Shown: positions 13,043-26,913 of the stretch, piece after piece
Position numbering within the stretch: position 1 is the stretch's first letter
Layout: the number at the start of each line of letters is the position of its first letter
DNA from: Octopus vulgaris
Taxonomy: Eukaryota
Direction: 5' to 3'
Assembly: GCA_951406725.2 (NCBI GenBank)
Contig: OX597815.1
Span: forward strand, 71,982,001 to 72,046,000
Length of the DNA: 64,000 bases
The notes under the pieces: model-generated
What the model saw: the letters and a program-made list of their open reading frames with translations, nothing else
What the model was told of the DNA's origin: nothing
Databases searched by the model: none
Program-made: the position numbers and the translations under genes

Positions 13043-14104
13043 GTGCGAAAGTACATTTATATGCATATAGGCATCTCGATAGATGTTCAGAAATTCTATT
13101 AAGTATCTTCTCATTAGTCTACAGAATAGACAGGGATTCCTGAAGTAGAGACGGCATTTCCTGGAAATTACATTGTATGGTTTTGCATGTCTAACTATGG
13201 ACCAATTAATGTTGTACTTCAGTCGCCATATAAAAGATGTCGAATGTCCCTTATTGATTGACTTAAAGCTGGCAACATGATTATAATAACGATTTTTAAA
13301 TGAATCAACCATCTGCCCAATGTAAACATGGGCCCTCCCCTTGTGTGCATGGTACATTTATATACAAGATTTGTACTCATACAGAGCTTCATCAAAGGAC
13401 ATTTTAATTTATCTCTGCATGAGCATTTATCATATTTATTTGTATATAAGGCAGTCCCGACTCCATTTACCGGCATTTTTATCATGCTAGCTGTACCATG
13501 AGTATTTCTACTACTACAAATTGGTCGAAGTTGATGATTATCAATGTGGTTTATATCTCCTTGGTTGGTATTTAGATGCAAATGTATGCTAGATCCAGTA
13601 GGTGGGTTATTGATCCTTTGCCACATTTTGCTATTGTTTATGCAATGCATAAGCTGCTCTAAATTGGCAGAGTTGGCATAGGATACCTTCACAGTGTGTT
13701 GATTAAAAATAGCATGATACCAATTAGATTTAGGAAAACACTTGTCCAAAGCAGCAAAAAATTTTCCAGTGATCCTGGTTGAAACATACAAATCAAAAAT
13801 TGGGTTGAACCAGAGGACATCCTGATTCCTATATCTGTTGTTTGGCTTATTTGATCAAGTGTGCTGTACAGGATTGGAACAAGCAGTTGAATTACTACGT
13901 CACATGTGTCTATGAGTTTTCTTAAGTAGTTCATTGACATGACCAATTCTTTCTGGCCTGTATTCTTTATCCAAGTAATTTCCAGGAGATGCCATCTCTG
14001 CTCCGAGGAATCCCTGTCTATTCTGTGGATTAATGAGAAGATACTTAATAGAATTTCTGAATGACTATTGAAATGCCTACACGCATATAAATGTACTTTT
14101 GCAC
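13043..14104 (-). mobile_element. Penelope-like GIY-YIG endonuclease fragment with an inverted duplicate of its 3' end
   Basis: KFFAALDKCFPK..IFNQHTVKVSY, CSCRDKLKCPL..C.STNLVYKC, VYIGQ..FKNRYYNH, WSIV..AKPYN..RKCRL. Arms 13043-13171 and 13975-14104 are inverted copies. Confidence 0.8.
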
Positions 14105-14227
14105 TCTGAAAGTGACTGTGCTTTACCAGTGAGCTACCAGATGTAAACCATTCGTTTTATTATCCATTATATATATGTGTGTGTGTATACATGCATTTAC
14201 ATACATACATTCATGCATACATACATA

Positions 14228-15000
14228 TACAGGATGTTCGAGCAAAATTTCACAAATTTTTCTGTTTCTTTTTTTCAGGAACAGCTTGATGTATTGGTGA
14301 ACATCATTGGAGGACACAAAGATTAAATTTGTAGTTGAGAAAAAGTTAGCCAACATGGAGGACTTGAAACTATCTGAATACTGGCAAAGAGTTGCCTGAA
14401 TCATGGTGATTCATATTAGCTGTCAAATGCCATGACCGCTGCTCAATGCTCTGTGAACATTGTAAAGGCTGTAAGACTTGACATGGATAGTTGGAATGGT
14501 GACTATGAAGCTGTGGCCAGCAGGAAGGGACACAGTAAACTTTCTGACAGTGGCCAGAAGCCCGAATTCATCCAACAACTGATGAACATAGCCATAGAAT
14601 AAATTCAGATGGTTATGTGAAGCGACTGGACACTGATCAATTCCTGACTGAAGAAGGTTGCTGCTGAGAGGCCATATGTGTGACAGCAGGATTTGCCACC
14701 TTGTCATAACTCCTGAAAGAATCAGAAGTGGTGTCAGAGAATTTCTACAACTTCACAGTTCCTATTTCTGCCCTCCTAATTTTCCCACTTGTAATTCTAT
14801 GGATTACTATGTATGGGACATGGTTGATAAAGATATCAACTGCTCTTCCTGCAACACCAAGGCTGACCTGATGACTAAGATCAAGGAAGTGTTCAAAGAT
14901 CTTTCCAAAGACACAGTTAGGAAAGCATGCACCAGGTTCTGGGGCTGTCTTGAGGCTATAGTAGAAGCTGAATGCAGCCACTTGGAATAAACTGTTATCT
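14228..15000 (+). mobile_element. Tc1/mariner-superfamily relic (DDD-type C-terminus)
   Basis: PPNFPTCNSMDYYVWDMV..KACTRFWGCLEAIVEAE resembles the WPPNSPDLNPLDY..W motif. Confidence 0.7.
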
Positions 15001-15731
15001 CCCAGTTTATCTCACTCATCAATGTTATCTGGTGGTTGTCGTTTGAGATGTGACATTGATCATCATTTGTTACTGAAAGAATGCTGGTTCACACAAACAT
15101 ATACATACTTCCCTTGTACATGCACATACATACACACATATACTCAAAGTTGAAACACTGTTTGATTTTGTTTTTCAGTATTGAATGTTCACTATCCCAC
15201 TCCCATTGCACACACACACACACACACAAACACTCACATACCTCCCTTTTACATATTCTCACCAAGTTGAAACACTCCCACTAAGTTTGCCACCACCCCG
15301 TCCTTCTTTACTCATCTGTCACCCCTTCCTTTCTCATTCATATGTTGCGACAGAGAAAAACACAAGAGTATTATTATAGTAGATTATTGTTCCCCAGCCA
15401 CTTAGAATTCAGTCTCATTTTGCTGCACCTTAGACAGCTGTCTTCTACTAGTTATAGTCAACCAAAGCTTTGTGAATTGATTTGGAAGATGGAAACTAAA
15501 AAGAATCCCATTGTGTATGTATGGTTGTTTGTATGCATGACTATTTGTTTTTACATCACGTAACTGCCATCAGCATCACTGCTGTGAGATCAGTGTTGTT
15601 TGTTTCTAGTCTTCCATGAAAACATATCGGGCTATGAGGCAATATAATACCTTGCTAAGAAAACAAGTGAGGATTCATGACAGGATAAGTATCTGGTTGA
15701 AGAAAAATCTGCCACAATGAATTTCATCTCA

Positions 15732-15764
<33 letters not shown>

Positions 15765-15964
15765 CGATGAATTTTGGAATTTTTGCAAAAAGTGAAATAT
15801 GATAAAAATGTAAAAAGGAAATTTTCATTTTGCATTTAGTTCACAAGATTCTTGATTCAAACTTATGTGTTGAAACATATCTTGTTGTATCTTGGGAGGA
15901 TTGTTATGCCAATAATAAATACATGCACTGGTTCAGTTTCACTTCTTTAGTGTTTATTTTATGC

Positions 15965-16178
15965 ATTAACATTCAAGCCAGCCATATCAGGCCCAAATAT
16001 TCTACTTGTTTTGTGTTCAAACTGACCTGATCAGGCCTTGCACAACTACTCTGCAATGTTATTCTAAAAGTAAACAATCACATCATTGAAAGCTATGAGA
16101 TAAAACATGATTAATTCAAAACAATTTGAATCAATAAGCATTACATGTAATAGAGTAATCTGAATGCTTAAGGTTTAA
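15965..16178 (+). mobile_element. piggyBac-like MITE (about 220 bp); family has about 6 copies in the window
   Basis: Shared body CCCAAATATTCTAC..TTCAAAC..AATAAGCATTACA..TCTGAATGCTAAAGGGTTAA. Other copies at about 28810-29016, 44875-45089, 52319-52543, 60462-60686 and 63735-63910. TTAA-CCCTTT/AAAGGG-TTAA ends in the best copies. Confidence 0.7.
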
Positions 16179-16571
16179 TCAAGTCAAGCAATCAGTAAGG
16201 TTTGTCAAAGTCTGTCTCAGACAGACCTGAAGCAGGCCTGAGGTAAAGAGGGTATGTAATTTATAAGGTTGCAAATGGTGGAAAAAGGACTTTAACAAAC
16301 TTAACTGATTAATTGATTGACCAAATGATTAATCAAAAATTTATTAGTTAATTGGTTAAATGGTTAACTAATTGGCAAATAAATAAGAAGTGAAATAGAA
16401 CCAGTGAGTGTGTTTATTATTACAGGCATAATGACCGTCCTATGATACAACAAAGTAAAAAGGAAAAAAATACACAAAAAGAATAGTTTGTTTTTTGTTT
16501 TTTTACTTTCCAAAATGTTTATTAGCAGTAAAAAGTAAAAGCAAGAAATAGCATTAAAGTTGAAAATTACA

Positions 16572-16671
16572 TCACTTCCGTTTCTTGGAAGCCACAGCAA
16601 CTGGTGGAGGAGCATAAATTGTCATTGACAACCTGTTGATGAAGTACAATGCTATGACGGAGAATATGAAG
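16572..16671 (-). CDS. KRTCAP2: KRTCAP2 exon 5 (last coding exon)
   Basis: ttttttcag|C TTC.. gives (C)FIFSVIALYFINRLSMTIYAPPPVAVASKKRK-TGA, with a C-terminal dilysine-type ER motif. Minus-strand AATAAA at 16518-16523. Confidence 0.93.
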
Positions 16672-16834
16672 CTGAAAAAAGAGGAAAAGTAAGAGAATGA
16701 AAGATTAGATTAAAAATAAAATAAAATTTTGTTAGATAAACCAATATATACATATTACTTACAATTAATTATTGAATGACAAAGGAACAGGAAAGTACAT
16801 AATCAACTTCCTTAGCTTACATTAGCAATCTTAA

Positions 16835-16916
16835 TGGCTCTGAAGAAGCTATAAGATGTTGCACAAGCACTCAGCTCTGATGCACAGCTTCTTATAGCAG
16901 AAACAACTATAAGCTA
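16835..16916 (+). ncRNA. Hammerhead-ribozyme-like motif with extended stem II (degenerate stem III)
   Basis: UGGCU CUGAAGA A GCUAUAAGA...UCUUAUAGC A GAAAC AACU AUA AGCUA. Confidence 0.5.
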
Positions 16917-17084
16917 ATGATGGTGAGTATGTAATTCCAGTTTTCTTATTGTTCAATATTTAAAATTAAAAATGATGCTTTGTACTCACCTAACACTTTT
17001 ATTCTAAAATATATATATATAAATTGACTTCTAACAACTGGTTTTTAGTATCACTATGCCAAAGCAAAATCATATTCTTTTACT

Positions 17085-18002
17085 TACCATATATACTTGT
17101 GTATGAATTATTTTAGACCATATTTTTAAGGTTAAATTTATGGGTTGATAATTACACGAATACTACTTTCCAGGAGTAGAAGTTCATGGTAGAACCCAAA
17201 ATTCCTTAACAGTAACAGAAGCCTAAATGATCTCAAAATGAAAACACACACACAATGAGCTACAGCAATAATATTAATTTTTACGCATCAAACCAATAAC
17301 CAATAAACAAAACGGTGTAGCTCTTATAACTATTTATATTTGATCTTTTATTCATATCTACCCCACTCAACAAATCTTATTACACCATGTAACAAAATTT
17401 GATAATTTTTTTTTTTGTCTTTGGTCAGTAAGTGTTATTTCCTATTTGCTTCTTTCTAGATGTCAAAAGAAATGACTACTATTCCCTTCAAACTTTGCTT
17501 TTGTGACCTGGACATCAGTGTTTTGAAACTGACTTATTTTCCATTAGATTTCAGATAGCTTCAACACTGAGTTGATGGAGCAGAAATATCATTATAGCTA
17601 ATATTCTGCTCAACCACAGATTTGCTTGTCAGTTGTTTGACTTTAATCATTTGAGCATGTTTCTTAGTGGTGGACAGTATATGCATCTCTGATTGTGAAC
17701 AGGAGTAGTATGGGAGTATCATAGCCATGTGTTGAGAAGGATTCTTTGGGATTTGAATAAATGTAACAAAAGCAAAGTCTGAAGAAAATATTTGCTATTT
17801 TTCATACTTTCTAGGGGTAAGTAAATAGGAAATAACAGTTGTTACCCAAGGACAAAAACTGTGTTAAACAGTGTTATCTGTAAAGAAGTAGGGTTAACTT
17901 TTACATGAGATATATGGAAATTCTAGATTCTGTTTTACCAAAAATTGAGAGGGGAGTTACTTTTATATGAGACTAACTTTTTTACTTGAGTATATAAGGT
18001 AT
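17085..18002. mobile_element. pogo/Tigger-like non-autonomous element with a nested inverted-repeat element
   Basis: Termini TACCATATATACTTG.. and ..CTTGAGTATATAAGGTA are inverted. Internal arms at about 17415-17505 and 17783-17857 are also inverted. Confidence 0.55.
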
Positions 18003-21000
18003 TTCAGTCATTGAAATCCAGCTATGCTGGGACAGCACCCTGAAGAGGAGTTTTAGTGAAAGAAATCTTATAATTTCAAGTGTGGTAATTATTCCAATGG
18101 TTTCTTTTTTTCTGCATAACTTCTAAATTTCAAGGGTGTAAACAAACCAACACTGATTATCAAGTAGTGAGATACAAACACACACAGTATCCATGTACCA
18201 AATTCACTCATAAAGCATTAGTCAATCCCAGATTATAGTAGAACTATAACACTGCATCAAGCTCCAATACCTGTTTTGGTCTGGTTTCTACAGCTTGATG
18301 TAACTTCTAAAAGCCAACCACTTTCAAATATACACCATCTGAGGTTATTTTTAATATCTACTTCTCCACTTCAATATCTTGTATTCCATTAGTTAGTCTG
18401 TTTTAAGATTTTATTTAAAGTGAGGACATGTGATGTATATGGATGATGACAGACAGGTAAAGAAGTACCAAGATATCCAACTGGAAGGAAATTATGGAAG
18501 AGGAAAACCAAACAAGACATGGGCAGAAGTGTTAGAAGCTGGTCCTAGGTGAGGGTTGGTGATAGGAAGGGTAATCTGGCTGTAGAAAATGTGCTTCAAC
18601 AAATTCTGTCATCCTTGCAAGCAAGGAAAAGTGCATGTTAAAATGATGAGAAAAGCAATGATTCATCATCATCATCATCGTCATCATTTAACATCCATTT
18701 TCCATGTTGGTTGGCTTGGTAGGAAACGGCAAAACCATAGGCAGCATCAGGTTCCATAGTCTGTTTTGGCTTGGTTTCTATGACTGGATGCTCTTCTTAA
18801 CGCCAACCACTCCATAGAGTACTAGGTACTTTTCACATGACACCATCACCAGTGCTTTTTACATGATACCAGCCCCAGTGCTTTTCATGTAACACCAGAA
18901 TCAGTGCTTTTTTATGTGGTGCCAGCACTCACACCAATGATTTTTACATGGTACATTGGTTTTAGGATCTCAATTCTGTTGTGGTGCACAGGCCTTTTTA
19001 AGCATAGCAATGTGCCATTTAGCTTGGGCCTCTATCATCTCCTTTGTAAGGCTCAGTGTTTTGAGATCGGCATTTAATACTTTGTCCTATGTCTTCCTCT
19101 TGCACAACTTCCCTCCACATGTGTGTGTATATGTATGTTTGAGGCACTTTGTTTTGAGATCACATGATACTTGTAAATGAGTGTCACTGTCATACAAGCA
19201 GTGTCTTTCATTACCAATATTCTGTAAAAACATGTCTAGTCATGGGGAATTATTATCTCTGCATGGAAACAGGTAAGGGTTAGCAGCAGGAAGGAAACCT
19301 GGTTATAGAAAATCTGCTTCAAAAACCTCCATCCAACCTATGTGAGTATAGAAAAAGGGACATTAAAACAATGACGATGAGGAGTTTGTTGGAGTTAACC
19401 GTTTCTCTCTGAATACTTGTATCGCACACGTACAAATGTTAAGTCCAGTTACCTCCCATACCAACAATGATGACTGGAACGATGAAATCTGTCTTTCTCA
19501 CAGACATATACTCTCTCATCAATACTTATATTGAACTTAACTTGTACATATTTAACTATCCAAATTAATATGCTGTTGGCCAATCTAAACCATGGCTGTG
19601 TATTTATTGTCTTTAGTCCCTATGTGTGGTACCTTGGAGCAAGTGACTTCTACTATAACCCCAGGTCAACTAATGCCTTGTGAATGAATTTAGTAGATGG
19701 AAATCGTGTGGAGTCCCATCATGTGTGTGTACATTTACTCTATTGAGTTCTGTATCATCACTGCTCAGTGAATCAACAGTATACGATTTACCTTTTCCAG
19801 GTAGGTACTTGCATATACTTTTGAGTGTATGTACGCACGTACAAATATATGCATACTGTGTAGGTATAGGGCTATGTGTGTATAGGTAACTACGTGTATT
19901 GTGTCTGTATGTATGCATTGTTTGAGTGTATATATACATGTATATGTATGTGTGTATGTATATGTATGGTAAGTATGTTTGTGTGTACATGTATATGTAT
20001 CTGTATGTGTATATATATATATATATATATAGATGGATGTGTATGTGTGTGTGTGTGTATATATATATATACACATATTTTGTGTGTGTGTATGTATGTA
20101 TATACAGGCTTATATAGATATAAGTATGGGCATGTGTATGCATGCATATATGCACATTTATATAGGTATATATGAGAGACTATGTAAGAAGCTATAGGTT
20201 CTTATATGTTTGCACACATATGTATCCATAGTTGTGGAAATGGATATATACATGTGTGGAGATAAGAGTGTGGGTAAGGGCCAGTATGGATTTGCATGTA
20301 TATAATGGTGTACACACATGGATATGGGTGTGAATATATACCTGATTAGTATTAGTATAGGAACATATGTGGGTCTGTACATGTATTTGTATGTATGATT
20401 GCTGAAGTATGAGTATAGACAGGTACAGATAGTAATACCCCGTTGTTTTTGTCTACCAATGGTATGTTACTCCATACTCCTACAAGGAATACTTTACATA
20501 AATATGGCTTATACACTGTGGCTAAGAACCCCTCTATTATGAACCTTTAGTAAATACACACAGGACTAGTTCATCATACATACTAGCACCTAGTAATTAA
20601 AATGCACCCAAGAAATGAGCAGAGTAATAATAATAATATAGCACACTGTCCAGTAGCTTAAATTATAAATATTAACCATTATGTACAATTGGATAATTGA
20701 GTATAATATAATGCAATTTACTATAAGCTAAAACTACCTAAAACATCATAATCCATAGATGCCTACACCCTTACCCGAGCAAAAATACCTCCAATTTGCA
20801 TCTGCAACTGATATGACCTCTTCCCTTAGACCTAGATGAGTACTATTCCAATACGGAATTAATTAATTAATTAATTTAAATAGCTAAAAATACTCGGGTT
20901 ACCCCCCTTAGCTATACACAGAATCACCATCAGCAGAGTTTGTGTGTGTGTATCTATGTAAACATTTTCTTCAAACTACTTCTTATAAAACAACTTGATA

Positions 21001-22075
21001 ATTTAATACTATAACCCAGTGCCATTCCTCTAATACTTTATATCTAATAGTCTATATTTTACTAGTATAAGTTTTAGCATTAAATAACTATAAGTTAGCA
21101 AAACAAACAACCACAACCCTTCTGGTCCAGTCCATTTTTGTCCCTATTCTTCAATTCCTCCTTCTTCTGCCTTCTGACAACAATGAATCCCCTATCCAGC
21201 TCCTATATTACATATAACCATATACAGTAGATTCCCCCAATAGATAGATATATGTTTTATATTTTTATATGTTTATACTCTTTTACTTTTCTTATGCTGT
21301 CCTTTAGGATCCCCTTCCTTTAGTTCTATTATTTTAGTTATCGCATTTACTTATTTACTTGGTTTTAATTCTATTTTTCTCTTTTACTTGCCCATACTGG
21401 CAATGGTTTATACATTTATTTTGTTTGTTTTTGTCTTAACTGTTAACCATCAACGAACCAGAACTACGTCATGGTTTTCAAAAAAGAAAAAAAACTAATT
21501 AGGCTGTAGGACTGATCATGACCCCACCCCACTCACTACACATAGGGATTCAGAGACTTGTTGATTGGCAAAAACATAACAGACACTAACACCACATTTT
21601 AGTCATCATCTGGTTCCTTACTCTCACTAGTACACTTATATTCCAAATTTTCCCATGATGGTCTCACCATCATAGGCTTTTTAAGCCATACCATCCGCAA
21701 CATTGCACCTACTAGCAGGCACTTTATATATGAACTTTCACCTCCAGAACATGAACCACACTTTCAAATCCACCACCGTATTTCTATGTAAACATAATGC
21801 GAACTACTACCTAAATTCACCCTTCCTAAAAACTCCTCTCAAGAATGACTATACTCACCTATCCACCATTGGACGAGATAACATGGATCCTGGAATACAT
21901 CATGGGAAGTTTGTAGCTTATTTCCCCTTCCTATACCTAATCCATTTTAATAAATTATACTTCTTTCACAGCCTCATGTCTGCTCCTATTCTTTTTCTGC
22001 CCTTTTTAATGACAAATACACTGTACCTATTGTTAACTGTTTATTATATGTATTAGCCCTCCTAAGCACTTAGAC

Positions 22076-22198
22076 CCTCTGAAGAAGACTAGAGGCACAC
22101 TCATCATCCAAACTTTATCTGCCCATCCCAACAGAACACTTAAGAGATGGAGATGACATGGAGGATTTCGTTGCCTCTTGGCAGAAACAGCCGTAAGG
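22076..22198 (+). ncRNA. Hammerhead-ribozyme-like motif with a long stem II insertion
   Basis: CCU CUGAAGA A GACUAGAGGCA..(about 75 nt)..UGCCUCUUGGC A GAAAC AGCC GUA AGG. Confidence 0.55.
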
Positions 22199-22465
22199 AA
22201 CTGATCTTTTGCTCTTTTCTGTAATATTAATACATGTTTGTGTATTTACATCTATCACATGTTATAAGAAAGAGACACAAATGCATGAGTTACAACATGT
22301 GTATGTTTTTTTCTTATAATACCTTCTAATACTTTCTAATGCTTTGGAATAAATAGACACACTGGAATGTCTGCCAGATGATGTATGTTGTTTTGTATTC
22401 TCTCCATTTTCTTATTTGCCGAATATATATACATATATATATTTACACACACACATATATCTGTA

Positions 22466-22520
<55 letters not shown>

Positions 22521-23139
22521 GTTGATTCACTTATATGTGATAAATTACAGAACTCAATACATAATTGTAGAGTATTCTTTAAAACATAATAACTGAAAGG
22601 CTCCTAAATCTAGTTCTCAGAGTCACACATTTCCAATCATTCAGCTGTTAATCTGAATCTATTTTCTCTTGAAATATTCACTGTTTGAATATATTTGGAA
22701 ATATTACATGAATGTTATCAAAGAAAATGTTTATTTATTTGTTTTAAATTGAGCAAGTGACATGTGTAAAATGCAGCAGTTTCTGGTCAATGTTTTCCAT
22801 CTCATTTCTGACTCTTGTGAGAATACTCCCAAAATCTTAAACTTCATTCATGAATGTGTGTGTGTCTGTCTGTGAGTGTGTGTGTGTGTGTGTGCACGCA
22901 TGCACGTGCACACATATGGAGGCATGCATTTGTGTCTCTTTCTTATAACATGTGATAGATGTAAATGAGTATCACTGTTATACAAGTGGTGTTCTTCATT
23001 TCTAATCTTCCATCCAAACATGTCCAGCCATGACAGGGAAACCAACAATACCTTGTTTCCCATTGAGAAAAGGAATCAAGTCGTATAACAGTCTGAGAAA
23101 ACAAAGGCAAAATGTAGATTTTTAAAGAATTAATCTTAC

Positions 23140-23206
23140 CATGTTGTTACACAAACTCTGTGGATTAATCCCGAAGCAAACATTGCCAAAAATAAACAAG
23201 ACACAA
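23140..23206 (-). CDS. KRTCAP2: KRTCAP2 exon 4
   Basis: ttttcag|..VVSCLFLAMFASGLIHRVCVTT(C)|gtaag. FASGLIHRVCVTTC is the KRTCAP2 signature; 67 nt, phase consistent. Confidence 0.95.
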
Positions 23207-23489
23207 CTGAAAATAGAATTAAATTATTGTTAATTAGAAACAATTAAAAGAAATAATCATTAATTTATTTACTGAAACAATGGTTCCAAATTTTGGTACA
23301 CAAGACCAGCAATTTTGAGAGGAGGGAGTCAATTGATTATGCCAGCCCCTGTACTTGACTGCTACTTTATTTTATCAACCACAAAGGGACGAAAGCCAAA
23401 GCTGACCTCAGAACATAAAAAAGCTGGAAGAAATGCTGCTAAACATTTTATCTGGGCGTTAATGATTCAGCCTTAAATCATTGACAGAA

Positions 23490-23778
23490 CTAACTGGCAC
23501 TCCACCGGGAATAGCCTGCACATGAAATTAACATATAAGTGGCTGAGCGCTCCACAGACACGTGTACCCTTAACGTAGTTCTCAAGGAGATTCAGCGTGA
23601 CACAGAGTGTGACAAGGCTGGCCCTTTGAAATACAGGTACTATTCATTTTTGCCAGCTGAGTGAACTGGAGCAACATGAAATAAAGTGTCTTGCTCAAGG
23701 ACATAACATACTGCCAGGTATTGAACTCACAACCATACGATAGTGAGCCAAGTGCCCTAACCACTCAGCTATGCACCT
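23490..23778 (-). mobile_element. tRNA-derived CORE-like SINE
   Basis: TAGCTGAGTGGTTAGG..GAGTTCAATACC head followed by CCTTGAGCAAGACACTT. Confidence 0.7.
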
Positions 23779-24733
23779 TTCCCAAATCACTGAAATGATA
23801 TCAAATGATTACAACAGGAGTGAAATGGTATTTTAATATTAGTGACACAAAGATATCAAGCTGGCAGAATTGTTAGCACATCGTGCAAAATGCTTAGCAG
23901 CATTTCATGTCTTTACGTTCTGAGTTCAAATCCCACCGAGGTCAACTTTGCCTTTCATTCTTTTGGAATCGATAAATTAAGTATCAGTTGAGCACTGGGT
24001 TCAATATAATTGACTATCCCCATCTCCCAAACTTACTGGCCTTGTACCAAAATTTCAAACCTACCATTTTGTAGGCATCAAAGATTCAGGGTATCTTATA
24101 TAGAAAAGAAGATAAAAGCAATTTATAATGTGTATCTATGAACAAGAATTCAAGCAATAATGTATACATTCATTATTGAAATGTTCTGGCAATTTTGAAA
24201 GTAAATATCTGATCATTGTGGGTTTTGTGTGAATACAAAACAGCTCTTTCCTTCAAACTATGTTTATACATATGATTCACTGGTGTATGGAGATGTTAAG
24301 ATACTGCAGTGTTTCAACATTAATATTTCACTTTTGACACGTAATACTGAAATAGTGTAAGAGATAAGAGATTGCTCCGGGTTCAAATTAGGCAAGAAGT
24401 TGAAAATTTTTTGGCCCATGACACTGCATGGTCCCTAAGTATGGCATATGTAAGATTTAAAGGGAATTTGTCAGGTAGTTCTCAAGTTTTAGTGATGCAT
24501 ACATACAGACGGACGGACACACCCACATACAGGACTATAGCAGAAGACACTCACTGAAGATACCAGGCAGTGGTATTAAACCCAAAGCCATGTCATTGGG
24601 AAGTAAACTTCTTATCCACAAAACCGTGCCAAACCATTATTATAATCTAAAATGAAATTAGTTTACATCACATTTATACCAACGGTAACATGGATGTATC
24701 ATGGTAAGAATATATCAAATATTTGCGACTTAC

Positions 24734-24797
24734 CTTCTGGTAAAAACTGTGACTGAAAGTTTTTTCCAAAGACTAACACTTCAAAATTATTGCATGC
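24734..24797 (-). CDS. KRTCAP2: KRTCAP2 exon 3
   Basis: cag|ACNNFEVLVFGKNFQSQFLPE G|gtaagt; resembles vertebrate [21 protein letters not shown]. Confidence 0.95.
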
Positions 24798-25214
24798 CTG
24801 ATGGAACTGTTAAAGAAATATTTGTGGAATAGCATTTTGCAACAATGAAACAAAATATTTAATTATTCTAAGGTTTCTACCAAATTTGGCAATGCTGTAG
24901 TTTGCTTGAAGCACTGTGGTGTTTATAAAATGAGTTTGTTTGGAAAAGCTTCTTATAATTCAAAAGAATGTCATTGATTTATCATTTAGTGTCCACTTTT
25001 CCTTGCTTGCATGGGTAAGACAGAATTTACTGAGACAAATTTTCTAAGGCTGAATGCCTTTTCTGTCACCAGCCCTCACTTGTTACCAAACAAGGAAATA
25101 TTTCCTGATGAGTGAACATGTTTTCACAGACGACTGGAGATGAGTGACAGTAACACTCATTTACAACTATCATGCAATATCAAGACAAGGAGGTACAAAC
25201 ACACACATACATAC

Positions 25215-25252
<38 letters not shown>

Positions 25253-25398
25253 CATCATCATCATTTAATATCCTCCTTCCATGCTGGCATGGGTTGGATG
25301 GTTTGACAGGATTTGGACAGGCAGAAGACTACACCATACTTGAGTCTGCTTTCGCATGGTTTTTATGGCTGGATGCCCTTCCTAACACCAACCATCCC

Positions 25399-25440
<42 letters not shown>

Positions 25441-25445
<5 letters not shown>

Positions 25446-26410
25446 GCACATATATTAGATAAACTTGTAAGATAAGGACGAAACAATGTGAGATGAAATA
25501 CAAATTAAATGTGATGAAATATGATGTGAGATAAACTACAAAAACAAAATAGAACAACAGTTGGAGTTTTACCTTACTTTTCAATATTTCATTTCTTCAA
25601 GACATGTGGAGAAATAAGGGATAGAATAAGCAGTTACTCAGATATGTTGGGGAGGATGGTGACATGTGCAGACTCATGTTGTAATAACAGCCAGTCAGCT
25701 TTGTGTAGCTCTTTTCTACTGTTTAGAGTTAGTCTTAGCAGGTTAATAAGGAGGGCCTTCCTGATCTGCAGGGAAGGACTTAACATACAGATGTTGCACA
25801 CCAGTCCATCTGAGGAAATTTCTGTCTAGAAACCATACTACAAATAGCATCATGGGGTGCACACCATCTAAATTGCTCCATCAGTAACTTCAAAATGTGC
25901 TCATGGCCTTATGTAGTATACACGGTAGTCTGCTGTAAATGAGGTGCAACTTACATTGGGAGCACTGCCAGAAAACTGCACATTTGCATCAAGGAACACA
26001 TACATATAACCACTTGAATCTGCAAATACCCACAAAAGTGCCAGACCCAGGATTCAGGGTCACTCAACATAATAGCCATCAGGGTCACTCAACATAATAC
26101 AAACAATCTTAGAATCAAGGTGGCCCTTCTTATTAACAAGCCGAAGCAACAGAAAAGAGACACACAAAGATGACTGGCTATTATAACATTATATGTCTGC
26201 ACACGTTCCCATCCATCCCAATATATCTGAGCAATGACTTATTCTATCCCTTATTTCTCCACATGTCCTGAGGAAGAGATCATAACCCCAAAATTTTGAA
26301 ATATAAGGTACAACTCCATCTGTTGTTCTGTTTTCATTTTTGTAGTTTACTTTGTATTTTATCTCTTGTTGTTTCAGCCTTATCTTACAAGTTCATCTAA
26401 TGTATTATAT
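25441..26410 (+). mobile_element. Penelope-like GIY-YIG relic with an inverted 3'-end duplicate
   Basis: About 25900-26000 reads YVVYTVVCCK*GATYIGSTARKLHICIKEH. About 25450-25775 is a diverged reverse complement of about 26105-26405. Confidence 0.75.
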
Positions 26411-26504
26411 CACACAATGCTTCACTCTAGCTATTCTATATATATGTTTGTGTGTATATATACATACTCACACATCCAATATATACAAAAGACTTCTTTC
26501 AGTT

Positions 26505-26913
26505 TCTTATTTCTTTACTGCCCACAAGGGGCTACACACAAATGGATCAAGTCGATTATATTGACCCCAGTGCGGGGTCAATATGCAACTGGTACTTAAT
26601 TTACCGACCCCAAAAGGATGAAAGGCAAAGTCGACCTCGGCGGAATTTGAACTCAGAACGTAAAGACAGACGAAATACCTATTTCTTTACTACCCACAAG
26701 GGGCTAAACACAGAGAGGACAATCAAGGACAGACAAACGGATTAAGTCGATTATATCAACCCCAGTGCGTAACTGGTACTTATTTAATCGACCTCGAAAG
26801 GATGAAAGGCAAAGTTGACCCCGGTGGAATTTGAACTCAGAACGTAGCAGCAGACAAAATACCACTAAGTATTTCGCCTGACGTGCTAAAGTTTCTGCCA
26901 GCTCGCCGCCTTA
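26505..26913 (-). mobile_element. tRNA-derived SINE, tandem copy
   Basis: Same family as 3615-4070. Confidence 0.85.

Noticed and set aside
20400-22070. Possible body of a Penelope-like element upstream of the 22076 hammerhead
   Set aside because: Too degraded to read RT or GIY-YIG motifs by eye, so it was not annotated.
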